NCBI GenBank assembly: GCA_021498095.1 | Contig: JAIZWK010000001.1 | Location: 3,210,001-3,242,000 of the forward strand | Direction of reading: 5' to 3' | Origin: Candidatus Harpocratesius repetitus | Lineage (GTDB): Archaea; Asgardarchaeota; Lokiarchaeia; Sigyniarchaeales; Promethearchaeaceae | DNA length: 32,000 nt | Part shown: in pieces, positions 7,587-17,595 of the stretch | Layout: each line of letters begins with the position of its first letter | Position numbering within the stretch: the stretch's first letter is position 1 | Position numbers and translations under genes: made by a program | The notes under the pieces: model-generated | Database searches by the model: none | Told to the model about the DNA's origin: nothing | What the model saw: only the letters and a program-made list of their open reading frames with translations

Positions 7587-9422
7587 TTAAGAAAAGAAAC
7601 TTAAGTAAATTTCTTTCAATTTTTTTGATACAATGCTCCATCTAAAGTATTTTTCAACCCGAGATTCTGCATTTTCTTTAATCTTATCTGCGTAAAATGA
7701 GTCATTCTGAATCTGCTTTCGGAGCTGAGCATTGATAATCTTACTTAAATATGCAATTTTTTCAGTTTCAGTAAATAGAGGATCGGAATGTGCTCTTTCT
7801 GTTATATGCATAATACTTAATAGAGAAACCAACGCATATGATAATTCTTTGGGTTGATCAATTGGGACTAATAATCCAGTTCCACGAACAGGATCTTTAT
7901 CTAAAGACACAATCGATTCTTTTAATCCTCCTGCATTTGTAGCAACAACAGGAATTCTTGAAGCCATTGCTTCTAAAGCCACAATCCCAAAAGGTTCCCA
8001 TCTACTAGGACAGCAGTAGACATCAGCGGCTAAATGTGATAAAAAATAAATAGTTCCTGCAATTCCAAATATGAAACGAATATTTTCTGGATATTGATAA
8101 GCTACTTTCATATAGGAAGATAGATCATCTAAAGTAAAAGCTGATGGAACCATTAGAAACAGAAATTTTGCATTAGGAAAGTGTTTTAATACAAGAGGTA
8201 TAGCAGAGAGTAAAGTTTCGATTCCCTTTTGTCTCGATACTCTTCCAGTGATTAAAACTAAGGGTCCATCCTCAAAAAAATTGTCGACCCTGCCATCTGG
8301 ATGATAAGGGGGTTTTGAAAATTGTTTTTTTATGAAATTTAATACTTCTCTATCGCTGATTTTTGGTTCAGATGCTGGTAATCCACCTATTTTTTTTGTC
8401 AAAAGAAATTTCCGAAAATCCCATGATCTCAAAGTATTAATATCAACTTGTGGTAATTCTTTATGAAATTTGTCGAAAACATCAGTTACAAGAGAATTAT
8501 AAGACCAATCACATCCATTCCAAGTAAAATCACATTTTTCTTTTATTAAAGCACCACCACAGTGGGGAATTATATCAGAATGTAAAAAACTTTCACTTAC
8601 AGCAATAACTTTATCTGCCAAAAGGCACCCAATTGTTTCTAAAGTCGGGAACTCGGAAGAACCATTTTGAGCAAGGTTATAAAATTCACGCATAGTTAAC
8701 ATTACTCGAGAATCTCCAATTTGAGCAGATATTTTTTCATTATTTACCCCAGACTCCCAAAAAAATTGAAGATTCTTTCGAGGCCAAGTTAATAAATGCA
8801 TAGTAATCACAGTATGAACATCACGCTGAGAAAGAATCAATTGTTGACGGCAGTTAAATAGAGCAGCAACTGGATGATGGTCATGAATATGAATTATATC
8901 TGGAAGATCTTTAGGTCTTTCATCAATGCAAAATCTCATAAACTCCTTCATTGCCAAAGCAAATAGACCTAATTTTGCATTTAATGTTTTTGCGCTGTAA
9001 ACTTCACGGCAATTTAAAATGTAATCAGATAATGGATTTGTTCCAACTAAAAGAATTACTGGAACACCTTTAAATTCTCCTTTCCAAAATTCTACTTTAA
9101 ACAAATTTTCATCTGAACTGTTATTCGATTTAGCATCATTTTGTGAAATAATATTAAAATAATTCCGATTTATTGAACCAGAAGCAATATAAGTTTCACC
9201 ATTAGAGCGAAGAATAGGATGAAGGGATAAACTATTTTTCATTATTTCATGACGCCCATGAGAAGGAAGAAATACAGTTAGGTTAATGTCTGGAGATTTA
9301 GCAAGATTAATGCATTGATTCGCAGATACTTCTCCTAAACCACCAACTTTGGCAATTCCTGAAAATTCAAAGGCAAAAACCCATATTTTCTTTGCATCAG
9401 AGCGATTTATTTGAACACTCAT
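7587..9422 (-). CDS. glgA: Glycogen/starch synthase (GT-B, GT5-like)
   Basis: KVGGLGEV ADP/UDP-glucose motif, IIHIHDHH, GRVSRQKG, PSRWEPFGIVALEAM. Confidence 0.85.
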   Translation of the reverse strand: MSVQINRSDAKKIWVFAFEFSGIAKVGGLGEVSANQCINLAKSPDINLTVFLPSHGRHEIMKNSLSLHPILRSNGETYIASGSINRNYFNIISQNDAKSNNSSDENLFKVEFWKGEFKGVPVILLVGTNPLSDYILNCREVYSAKTLNAKLGLFALAMKEFMRFCIDERPKDLPDIIHIHDHHPVAALFNCRQQLILSQRDVHTVITMHLLTWPRKNLQFFWESGVNNEKISAQIGDSRVMLTMREFYNLAQNGSSEFPTLETIGCLLADKVIAVSESFLHSDIIPHCGGALIKEKCDFTWNGCDWSYNSLVTDVFDKFHKELPQVDINTLRSWDFRKFLLTKKIGGLPASEPKISDREVLNFIKKQFSKPPYHPDGRVDNFFEDGPLVLITGRVSRQKGIETLLSAIPLVLKHFPNAKFLFLMVPSAFTLDDLSSYMKVAYQYPENIRFIFGIAGTIYFLSHLAADVYCCPSRWEPFGIVALEAMASRIPVVATNAGGLKESIVSLDKDPVRGTGLLVPIDQPKELSYALVSLLSIMHITERAHSDPLFTETEKIAYLSKIINAQLRKQIQNDSFYADKIKENAESRVEKYFRWSIVSKKLKEIYLSFFS

Positions 9423-9523
9423 TATAAGATCCTTCGATATTGTTTCTGAAAAATTTTTGTAATTGTATCTTTAATGAAAATTTAAGTTCCAGAATTGCTT
9501 TTTGGAGTGAATTCATCAAAGTT

Positions 9524-11659
9524 CTAGGATTTTTTTAAATAATTTTCTGTTCTATACCTTCTATTGTATAGAGGAACTGAAAAAAATGATTTCACTTCTT
9601 GTTCTAAAAGTTGAAGGTTAAATGGAATCAACCGCATTTCTCGTTTTATCCAATCAGAAAGAAAATTCCTATAATGTCGAAATCGAAAATCCATTAAAAT
9701 AATTAATCCTTTATCATCCATTTTTCGAATTGGCCGACCACAAGCTTGATTTGATCGCTGCATAGCAGGAACAGTATAACCAAAATCTCTTCCTTGTCCA
9801 GGAAAAATTTTATTATAATAAGCGATTTTAGCGTTTCCACTTGGAGTAGGGCGTTGGAATGGAATACCCACAATGACAACAGTATTCATAAAATCCCCGG
9901 GGAAATCTTCTCCCTCACTATTACGACCTCCACAGACACCTAATAAGACACCTCCATCAAATTTCTCATGATGACTGCATTCTTTAAATTGTTCTAACAA
10001 GATATCATTATCAGAAGCTGTCATTTCTTTTTCTTCGCGAAAAGGTTTTTTTTTGCATTTCTTTACTATATCTGCAAACCCTTCACGCCATAGGCCTTCA
10101 ACCACTTCATAAGAAGCACAAAAAACCCCGACATTTTTTGGAGTATTTCTGATAATCGGAACTAAAGCTGATAGAATGTCTCTAAACATTGTGGGAGTGC
10201 GATCTTCGCCTCGAGTAGTTAAGTATTTGGTAATTAATACTTTTACATTTTCTTTTGGGAAAGGAGGGGACATTTTCACAATTTTCAAAGTTTTACCGCT
10301 TTCATGCAGACCAAGTAAATGAGTATAGGTATATGGATGGAGAGTCCCAGATAAAGATAGAGTAGCAAAACTTTCCTTAAAAATAGGATCTGTAATATAG
10401 CGGGGGGAAAGGCATTTCAGCTCTAATGCAATAGTTTTGCCTCTTTTAGAATACTTACTAGTAAAACATGAAAAATACGCAGGATCATCAATTGTCTGAA
10501 TTAATTTTGTAAAATAGGAGACGATTGGTGCAATATAATCACGAGGCGTTCTTCCTTGATCGATTTTTTCTTGATTAATTGCTTCCCCATATTCTCTTAA
10601 GTCATCCAGTAGATCTTTTAATTCTCTAAGAGATTTGAGATGATTTCCATTCAATATATTCTGAATAAATTTTGGAACATCAAATTTCGTCTCATCTTCA
10701 ATTCGATCTTTTAGCTTACTTAGAAGATCTCGACAAAATTTTACGAAATTAATGAGATTATAGGTCGCTCGAGTAAGTTCTAAATCTTTAATAGCTTGTC
10801 GCAATGTAAATGGAGTAATTCGATAAGAGTTTATCCCGTTTGCCATTTCTGGAAGATTATGACATTCATCCATTATAATTATACAATCAGACAATTCACA
10901 TCCAATTGTTTCTAAGAAATTCTCACGAATATTTGGTTCAAAAACCCATTGATAATTACAAACTATGATTTTCTCATTCTCCATTAGAAATTTACTTAAG
11001 AAATATGGACAAAGATCGTCTTGTTCTGCAAATTCAATTAATTCTTGAGCGTCCAGAGGAATAGAAGCGAGATTTTTCATTTCTTCTTGAAAATGGGCAG
11101 TTTTTCTCTTTTTAAGTAGATTATTGAAATAATGGCAGCGTTTATTCTTTCGCAATTGGGAACAAACCGACATACTTTCACTTGGAGGTAATTGCAGTCG
11201 CTGAATGGTTTTATGAGGACACATCTCATTTCTACCCCGTAAAGAAAGGGCGCCAATTGTTTGAGAAATACCAATACGGGCAAAATGTTGAGTAATACTT
11301 CTGGTTTCCTGAATAACGCGCGCATTTTGAGTAAAAGTGCGGGAACAGAATAATATTTTTCTCTTTTTATCTTTCATGGCGATAGGAAGAGCAGCGGAAA
11401 GAGCCATTATTGTTTTTCCGGTTCCGTTTGTGGCAATTAAAATAGAATTTTTGCCTAAAGCGATAGATTCTGATAATTGTCCAATTACACGCTCTTGATT
11501 AGGACGAAATTCCGGATATGGAAAGAAATCTCGAAAACCAAGAATGGGTTCTTCAGAGGGTCTAAAACTATTTTGATTTGCCCTCATCTTAACACTATCT
11601 TTTGTTATAATTCGATTTGTTTTGCTGTTAGGTTTTTGTTCTTCATTGTCGATTATCAA
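9524..11659 (-). CDS. xpd: XPD/Rad3-family Fe-S DNA helicase
   Basis: Q motif FRPNQ, Walker A NGTGKT, four Fe-S cysteines (MCP, VCS, RCH, LCPY), DECHN, SGTL, SEGEDFPG, QACGRPIR. The TTG start is preceded by AGGGGG. Confidence 0.93.
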   Translation of the reverse strand: MIIDNEEQKPNSKTNRIITKDSVKMRANQNSFRPSEEPILGFRDFFPYPEFRPNQERVIGQLSESIALGKNSILIATNGTGKTIMALSAALPIAMKDKKRKILFCSRTFTQNARVIQETRSITQHFARIGISQTIGALSLRGRNEMCPHKTIQRLQLPPSESMSVCSQLRKNKRCHYFNNLLKKRKTAHFQEEMKNLASIPLDAQELIEFAEQDDLCPYFLSKFLMENEKIIVCNYQWVFEPNIRENFLETIGCELSDCIIIMDECHNLPEMANGINSYRITPFTLRQAIKDLELTRATYNLINFVKFCRDLLSKLKDRIEDETKFDVPKFIQNILNGNHLKSLRELKDLLDDLREYGEAINQEKIDQGRTPRDYIAPIVSYFTKLIQTIDDPAYFSCFTSKYSKRGKTIALELKCLSPRYITDPIFKESFATLSLSGTLHPYTYTHLLGLHESGKTLKIVKMSPPFPKENVKVLITKYLTTRGEDRTPTMFRDILSALVPIIRNTPKNVGVFCASYEVVEGLWREGFADIVKKCKKKPFREEKEMTASDNDILLEQFKECSHHEKFDGGVLLGVCGGRNSEGEDFPGDFMNTVVIVGIPFQRPTPSGNAKIAYYNKIFPGQGRDFGYTVPAMQRSNQACGRPIRKMDDKGLIILMDFRFRHYRNFLSDWIKREMRLIPFNLQLLEQEVKSFFSVPLYNRRYRTENYLKKS

Positions 11660-11946
11660 AAATCCCCCTTTTATTTGGCTCTAGTTCATTTACTGCATAT
11701 TTTGATAGAAATAATTATCATATTTTATCAGAGAATATATTTAAAATCTACGAGTAATCTGCTGATAGAAAAATTTTCATCACATTTAAACAAATAATAT
11801 CAAGAGAGAATTAAAAAAAAAAGATAAGTAATATTATTTATTGGAAGCATATTATATATCCTTACAGCGATGAAAGTTGAATACGTTTTTAATGCCAAAT
11901 TTGATAATATAAGGAAAAAAACGGCATTAATGGATGGTGTGGGTTA

Positions 11947-12861
11947 TTGAAGAATTTTTATCAAAAATTTATGGAAAACGAATTCTTTCTGGGTTCGTTA
12001 GTGTTTGTTACGGGCTTCTTTTTCCTTTTATTTATGAGAGTTGAAGCAAAAATAATCTACCTTTTTCCCATCTTTTCTTATACAATTGCATGTTTTTTTT
12101 ATAATTTACAGGATCACTTCTCACAATCATATTTAAAAACACCAATTTTTTCATATAATCCTCTAGGGAACTTGCTTCTATATGCACGTCTTAACCTTAT
12201 TGCGGCAATATTGCAAGAGATAATCGTTTTAATTTGGATAAATGATTTTCTTGCTCATAATCTCAATGGTGAATTATCAAATTTACATATTCTCTTTGAA
12301 ATGTATGGTTTTTATTATTTAGTTCTTGAAACCCTCTTATTTTCTCTTGGAATAATTGCTACTTTATTATTTTCAGTGTCAGGTCAAGAAATTAGAATTT
12401 TCAATCCACTAGATAACGAGTTATTTGAAAAAAGAAATCAACTAAAAATAGAAAATATAAATCTAAAATCGAAAATTCATCCAAAATTAAGTATTTTTAT
12501 CCGAAATAAATCAATTAATTTAATTATTTTTGCTTTATTTGGAAGTATTCTTGCAGTATATTTTACTTATTTTCTTCATACTGTAATTATTGTATCCAAA
12601 AATATTGAAACACCGAAATTTACATTTGAAATGACCCTTATTATTTTAAATAACAATGAACCTCTAAAGATTTCAGTCAGTTTTATAATTATATTCTTAA
12701 TCATCATAAATATTCTGGCTTTAATTATTTATTTTCTTGTAGCATTAATGCAAATCAAAAAAATAGATCTTTCTACTATAGAAAATACCTTGATTCAAAA
12801 TAATATTCAAAATAGAATGGTAATAATGCAAATTCTTCATGAAATCTTTGAAAAAACGTAA
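11947..12861 (+). CDS. Hypothetical multi-pass membrane protein
   Basis: 304 aa with about 6-7 hydrophobic segments; no family recognised; start uncertain. Confidence 0.6.
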   Translation: MKNFYQKFMENEFFLGSLVFVTGFFFLLFMRVEAKIIYLFPIFSYTIACFFYNLQDHFSQSYLKTPIFSYNPLGNLLLYARLNLIAAILQEIIVLIWINDFLAHNLNGELSNLHILFEMYGFYYLVLETLLFSLGIIATLLFSVSGQEIRIFNPLDNELFEKRNQLKIENINLKSKIHPKLSIFIRNKSINLIIFALFGSILAVYFTYFLHTVIIVSKNIETPKFTFEMTLIILNNNEPLKISVSFIIIFLIIINILALIIYFLVALMQIKKIDLSTIENTLIQNNIQNRMVIMQILHEIFEKT

Positions 12862-12900
12862 ATAAAATATAACGAAATAAAAAGAAAGATGATTTCTAAA

Positions 12901-13092
12901 TTATTCTTTATCAATTACGAGTTCATAGTCTCCATTTTCAAGATGACGATAAACGACATTGTTTCCCCATTGATTATGGGTATAAATAATATCTCCATCT
13001 ATTTTTTCTACTGTAATTGTGTAAGGTAATTGCCGTTTTTCACGAATATCTTCTTCGTAGAATTCGTATTCTTCACTTTCTTCTTGAGCCAT
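12901..13092 (-). CDS. Small acidic hypothetical protein, probably co-transcribed with the V4R pair
   Basis: ATG start, protein-like beta-rich composition, same strand and 51 nt downstream of 13144..14601. Confidence 0.65.
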   Translation of the reverse strand: MAQEESEEYEFYEEDIREKRQLPYTITVEKIDGDIIYTHNQWGNNVVYRHLENGDYELVIDKE

Positions 13093-13143
13093 AATGTGGT
13101 AAAAGTCTGATTTAAAAAAAATTTTTGGATTTTTGAGTAAATA

Positions 13144-14601
13144 TTATAATTCCTTTAAAGCATCTAGAATATCAACAATTTTCTGCCCGCTTTCCCGTAA
13201 TGTTTTAAATAATCTTGTTAGTAATTCAGTTGATCCTGCAAGAGTTTTATACAAAATCATTAAACTAAATTGCATAGGAACACTTAAAATTGCACCAGAA
13301 ATAATCATCATCTGCTGACTTAATTGCCCATATAGCTGATCTCTCTTTATTAATTGTTGATCTGCGAATGTCTGAGCAGAATCTTCACCAGATCTCTTTC
13401 CATACTGTGAAATTTCTTCATATAGATTTGGCTTTAATTCATCAAACGGAATTCCTAAATCTGATAGGGCTTTTTGTGATCCGAGATAAAATTGAGTCAA
13501 AATTTCTTCTTCAGAAAATTTTTGAAAGTTTTGAATGAAGGACTCAGGAGCCATTCCAGTTAAAACATCTAAAGCGTAATCCTTTAAATCATGAATAACA
13601 GATAATGGAACAAACTTGGTTGAATTTTCTTTGATGAATAGAAAAATATGACCGTAAACGCGCCGAATTTCATCATTCTGTAATAATTTCTCTAAATATT
13701 GTCCTCGTTCATTTAAAAGATGAAGACTAATAAAACCGAGAACTTGCAAGAATTTTGCTTCATCATTGGTGAAATGATCGAATAATTCATATGGGCTCAT
13801 TTTTGCAGCTTTTTGGATAATTTTCTTTAAAGGAACTCGAAGTAATCCTGCAGAATCTTCCATCATTTCATCTAACTGATCAATATCAATTTGATCGGTT
13901 ATTTTTGCCCAAAGATCATCTGCTCTTGATTCAAATTCAGTTTTCTGATCTAAAAATTGTTGGAAATACTTATCTTTGTCAAATCCCTCAATTAATTCAA
14001 AATCAGGGAATTCTTCTTGAGGAATTATCTGACATTGAAATTCAAAATATGAATCTCCATGTAGAGAATTTTTTGTATTTTTTAAAACAATGCGCTGATC
14101 TTTTCCTTTAAGTGCTAAAACAAAACTGCTACATTGGGTTAATAATCCAGCCATTAATGATCCATAACAATTTTCATTATAGAAAAATTTGTTCCAAGGC
14201 AGATTATCGCGCTCCTTATCCTTTCCGATGTCAAAACTCATGGGATCAACCTTAATTTTATAATTCAAAATTGGTCGTTCTGGATCAGAGCGATCCCATT
14301 CAGTAGTATATGATTGCATCGGGGTTCCAAAATATATTTGCCACATAAGAGGAATATATTCCAGTACTTTCTCTGGATTTGAGGGAAACATCCGGAAAAC
14401 AGCAGCTTGGCGTTGTGCACTCTCATCTGCGGCGGTATAACCTAATTTATAACTTAAATCAACTACCATCTTTGGATCATTTGTAATCTCATAAAGTTGT
14501 CGATAAATTTCACGATAAAATAATTGGTAAAATAATGATGGAACATGTCGACCCAAAGCAGTTCCTGCTTTTAATGCAATCCATTTAAATGTATTACTCA
14601 T
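13144..14601 (-). CDS. V4R/Bet3-fold domain protein with a long helical C-terminal region
   Basis: YKLGYTAA, MAGLLTQ and NSLHGDSYFEFQC fit the V4R layout with the Cys ligands largely lost. Overlaps the upstream V4R gene by 8 bp. Confidence 0.55.
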   Translation of the reverse strand: MSNTFKWIALKAGTALGRHVPSLFYQLFYREIYRQLYEITNDPKMVVDLSYKLGYTAADESAQRQAAVFRMFPSNPEKVLEYIPLMWQIYFGTPMQSYTTEWDRSDPERPILNYKIKVDPMSFDIGKDKERDNLPWNKFFYNENCYGSLMAGLLTQCSSFVLALKGKDQRIVLKNTKNSLHGDSYFEFQCQIIPQEEFPDFELIEGFDKDKYFQQFLDQKTEFESRADDLWAKITDQIDIDQLDEMMEDSAGLLRVPLKKIIQKAAKMSPYELFDHFTNDEAKFLQVLGFISLHLLNERGQYLEKLLQNDEIRRVYGHIFLFIKENSTKFVPLSVIHDLKDYALDVLTGMAPESFIQNFQKFSEEEILTQFYLGSQKALSDLGIPFDELKPNLYEEISQYGKRSGEDSAQTFADQQLIKRDQLYGQLSQQMMIISGAILSVPMQFSLMILYKTLAGSTELLTRLFKTLRESGQKIVDILDALKEL

Positions 14602-15097
14602 TTACTTTATCCTCCATCTTAACTTTGAATTCATGGATGCAAGATTTATTTCCCAAAGCTTTACTTTCTATTACTTCACTGCTTTCAATTTGATATCCCA
14701 TTCTAGCTAAAATTTCTTGAATCATTGCAACACTAATATTGCATCCTGGAATTGAAACATCTTGATATTTATATTTGCATAAGGCACAATTCTTATCTTC
14801 GACATAAATATGATTTCCTTTTTCAAATACATTCACTTTACTGCTTAGCGTAAGTTTATACAATTCTTTAATTAAATCAGGTAAATTTGTTGAGACAGGA
14901 GAAATTTCTAAAAAGAAAGTGGCACCTATATTGGTTCCCATTATTTTTAGATTACGAAATATTTCTTCATCGGATAGATCAAAGCGTTTCATAATCCTCT
15001 GCAACCAATATAAGGCATTGCGCATTTGATTAAATCCCATTCGTTTTGTGGCTAAAGCCTTGCGAGTATATTCAGATAATGGAGAATCGTTTGTCAT
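14594..15097 (-). CDS. V4R/Bet3-fold small protein
   Basis: MGTNIG, CALC, GCN and ESKALGNKSCIHEF motifs. Confidence 0.7.
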   Translation of the reverse strand: MTNDSPLSEYTRKALATKRMGFNQMRNALYWLQRIMKRFDLSDEEIFRNLKIMGTNIGATFFLEISPVSTNLPDLIKELYKLTLSSKVNVFEKGNHIYVEDKNCALCKYKYQDVSIPGCNISVAMIQEILARMGYQIESSEVIESKALGNKSCIHEFKVKMEDKVNE

Positions 15098-15242
15098 GAG
15101 AAGTACTTCCGATATCTATTAAAAGTTGCAAACATGTATTGAGTACAAGGAAATATGAAAATTCTAATTTATTTTATTTGGCTTTATTAATTAAAGTAAA
15201 TTTGATCACTTAATCCTATTATATTTAACAGAGAATGTTGAA

Positions 15243-16631
15243 ATGAAAAAAAAACTTGGACGACCCAATAGAGTATCTTGGAAGAGTAAACCATTTTGTA
15301 ATCAATGTAAAATAGAGTGGGAAGAGCCTTTCTTATGGTGTCCAGAATGCAATTCATTACTCGAAATTCCTCCAATTAATGCACAAAAAAACCAGAAAAT
15401 AGACTCATTATGGGCTTTTTCAGGGTTTTTCCCTAATTTTTCGCGATGCATCTCATTAAATGAAGGATTTACATCTATTATAGATATCAAGAATATTCCG
15501 GACTTGAAAAAACTCAAAATGAAATTGGAATTTCGTAATCCTACAGGTAGTTTTCGTGATCGAGCAGCTGCACTCCTTGTTTCTGATGCACTTTCGCGAA
15601 AATTTTCAGAAATTCTTACTGTTAGTACAGGTTCGTTTAGCATCAGTATTGCAGCATATACTGCTCGAGCTGGACTTAAATCGATCAATTTTATTCCAGA
15701 AAATATTGAATTGACCAAAATTGAACAAATGAAGATTTATGGTTCAGAAGTGCGATTTCAAGGTAAGAATTTAGGTGAAACTATGCAAGATGCCCAAGAA
15801 TATTTAAAAAAACACTACTCAAAAGATTTATATGTTCCACTACCCAATCAGAATATTTTAACAATTGAAGGTCAAAAATCAATTGGATTGGAAATTGCCC
15901 TTCAAAATCCAGATATTGAGAATGTAGTGGTTCCAAGGGGTTCCGGCACTCTTCTTTATTCATTATATAAAGGATTTATAGATGCTCGAGAATCAGGATG
16001 GATTGATCGAATTCCAAGGATCTTTGCTGTAGCTTTAAAAAAATCAGCAGATTCTCAGCTAGTTGAATCTTTGGATATCAATGACCCTATGTTGTTATCT
16101 GAGGTCAGTCGTATTTTACAGGAAACAGGAGGAAAAGAAATACCAATTTCTGGTCAAAAAATGGCAGAACAAGCCATTGAACTAGCAAAAAATGAAGGAA
16201 TATTTATAGAGCCTGCTTCTGCATCAGTAATTGCAGGAGTACGGAGTATGAAGGAGAATTTAGGGATTGAATTACCTCGTACCTTGACATTATTAACAGG
16301 TTCTGGAATAAATGCAATGAATTTATTTGCTTCACAAATGCGGGATGTAAAAAAAGTGTTGTGGGGAGTAACCGCTACTTCTACTAAAAAATTTGAAATA
16401 CTTAGGGTAATTGCTGAAAGAAAGGCTCAGCATGGATATGGAATTTGGGTTGTATTGGGAAAAAGGAATTCAATTCAATCGATCTACCAGCATATCACTC
16501 AACTCGAAAAAGAAAACTTAATTATTAATACTCAGCCAAACAAAAAAAGAGCAAATTTCGAACTTACCGATAAGGGTAAAGAAACTTTTCTAAGAATGAG
16601 AGAATTAATTGAAGTTCACGGTCAAAAATAG
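15243..16631 (+). CDS. Threonine-synthase-like (PLP fold type II) protein lacking the Schiff-base Lys, with N-terminal Zn ribbon and C-terminal winged helix
   Basis: NPTGSFRDR in place of NPTGSFKDR; VPRGSGT; GIFIEPASA; C-terminal HGYGIW...QSIYQHITQLEKENLI...FELTDKG. Confidence 0.85.
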   Translation: MKKKLGRPNRVSWKSKPFCNQCKIEWEEPFLWCPECNSLLEIPPINAQKNQKIDSLWAFSGFFPNFSRCISLNEGFTSIIDIKNIPDLKKLKMKLEFRNPTGSFRDRAAALLVSDALSRKFSEILTVSTGSFSISIAAYTARAGLKSINFIPENIELTKIEQMKIYGSEVRFQGKNLGETMQDAQEYLKKHYSKDLYVPLPNQNILTIEGQKSIGLEIALQNPDIENVVVPRGSGTLLYSLYKGFIDARESGWIDRIPRIFAVALKKSADSQLVESLDINDPMLLSEVSRILQETGGKEIPISGQKMAEQAIELAKNEGIFIEPASASVIAGVRSMKENLGIELPRTLTLLTGSGINAMNLFASQMRDVKKVLWGVTATSTKKFEILRVIAERKAQHGYGIWVVLGKRNSIQSIYQHITQLEKENLIINTQPNKKRANFELTDKGKETFLRMRELIEVHGQK

Positions 16632-16683
16632 CACATCTTAATAATAACTATATTTCTAGTGCTTTTTACAATACTCAAGTAGA

Positions 16684-16740
16684 AACTTTAATATATAGTT
16701 GTAACTTTAATATCATGATTCCCAAGATCAAAATTGGGAA
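16684..16740 (+). promoter_or_regulatory. Promoter of the ECF S-component gene with a direct repeat and an inverted repeat
   Basis: AACTTTAATAT at 16684-16694 and 16703-16713; TTCCCAA-N8-TTGGGAA at 16719-16740. Confidence 0.4.
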
Positions 16741-16756
16741 GATGAAGTGAAAATCA

Positions 16757-17404
16757 ATGACTGAAAACTATGATTCTCATCCATATAATGAAGACCTAGC
16801 ACAAGAAAGAACAATTTTCAAGGTTGTTGGTGCTAATGATTCAATTAAAGTCGCAATAATGGCACTTATGACTGCATTAGAAACAGTTGCCACAAGCATT
16901 CTCAGTGTTAATATACCTCAAACTAATGGATATTTCAATTTAGGTGAATGCATTATTTTTATTACAGCAATTCTTTTCGGAGCCTATATAGGGGCATTCG
17001 TTGGAGGAGTAGGAGCAAGTTTAGCAGACGTGTTTTTAGGATATTTTTCGTTTGCGCCAATAACATTAATCGTTAAGGGTTTGGAAGGATTTTTTGTTGG
17101 TTGGGTTTATGATAAAATACGAAAAAATCCGAATAAAGCCAAACGATTTGGAATTAAATTTATTGCAATACTTTGTGGTGCCCCCTTTATGGTAGGAGGA
17201 TATTTTCTGGCAGAATTCTTTATCTTCAATTTAGGATGGGGTGCAGCTGCAGAATTAATCCCAAATCTTATTCAAGTCGGTATGGGTGCACTAATAGCAA
17301 TTCCTATCACACTATTACTTGAAGAAATACCACAAATTGATCAGTTAAGAGAAAGTATACTTATGAAACCTTCTATTGCTCAACCGGAGCAATTTCAAAA
17401 TTGA
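16757..17404 (+). CDS. ECF transporter S-component (COG4720/DUF1393, HmpT/PdxU2-like)
   Basis: IPQTNGYFNLGECIIFITAILFG...GGVGASLADVFLGY...APITLIVKG; about 6 TM segments. Confidence 0.85.
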   Translation: MTENYDSHPYNEDLAQERTIFKVVGANDSIKVAIMALMTALETVATSILSVNIPQTNGYFNLGECIIFITAILFGAYIGAFVGGVGASLADVFLGYFSFAPITLIVKGLEGFFVGWVYDKIRKNPNKAKRFGIKFIAILCGAPFMVGGYFLAEFFIFNLGWGAAAELIPNLIQVGMGALIAIPITLLLEEIPQIDQLRESILMKPSIAQPEQFQN

Positions 17405-17595
17405 TCACCAATATTTTCTTAATTTGTTTCAATTCTTTCTCTTTTTTACCCTTTATTATCCCTTTTTTGATGATTTAGAATATAAAATTTTTTTCGCTTT
17501 AATTTTTCTTGTCATTTTTGGGAAAATAAAAAATTTTATTGGAATTCAACATAATTGGTAGGTAACCCAAAGTAATTATTACGGTGAAAGTAAAA

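Noticed and set aside
6173-11659. rpl35ae-PAC2-glgA-xpd run as a novel functional operon
   Set aside because: Co-oriented housekeeping genes with separate intergenic gaps and no shared function evident.
11077-11797. ORFs 11077..11325 (-) and 11477..11797 (+)
   Set aside because: They overlap xpd and have no protein-like motifs.
15187-15963. Antisense ORFs 15187..15375, 15302..15718 and 15781..15963
   Set aside because: Shadows of the ThrC-like gene.
15243-16631. Annotation as a functional threonine synthase (thrC)
   Set aside because: The Schiff-base Lys is Arg and the protein carries a wHTH, so the gene symbol is withheld.
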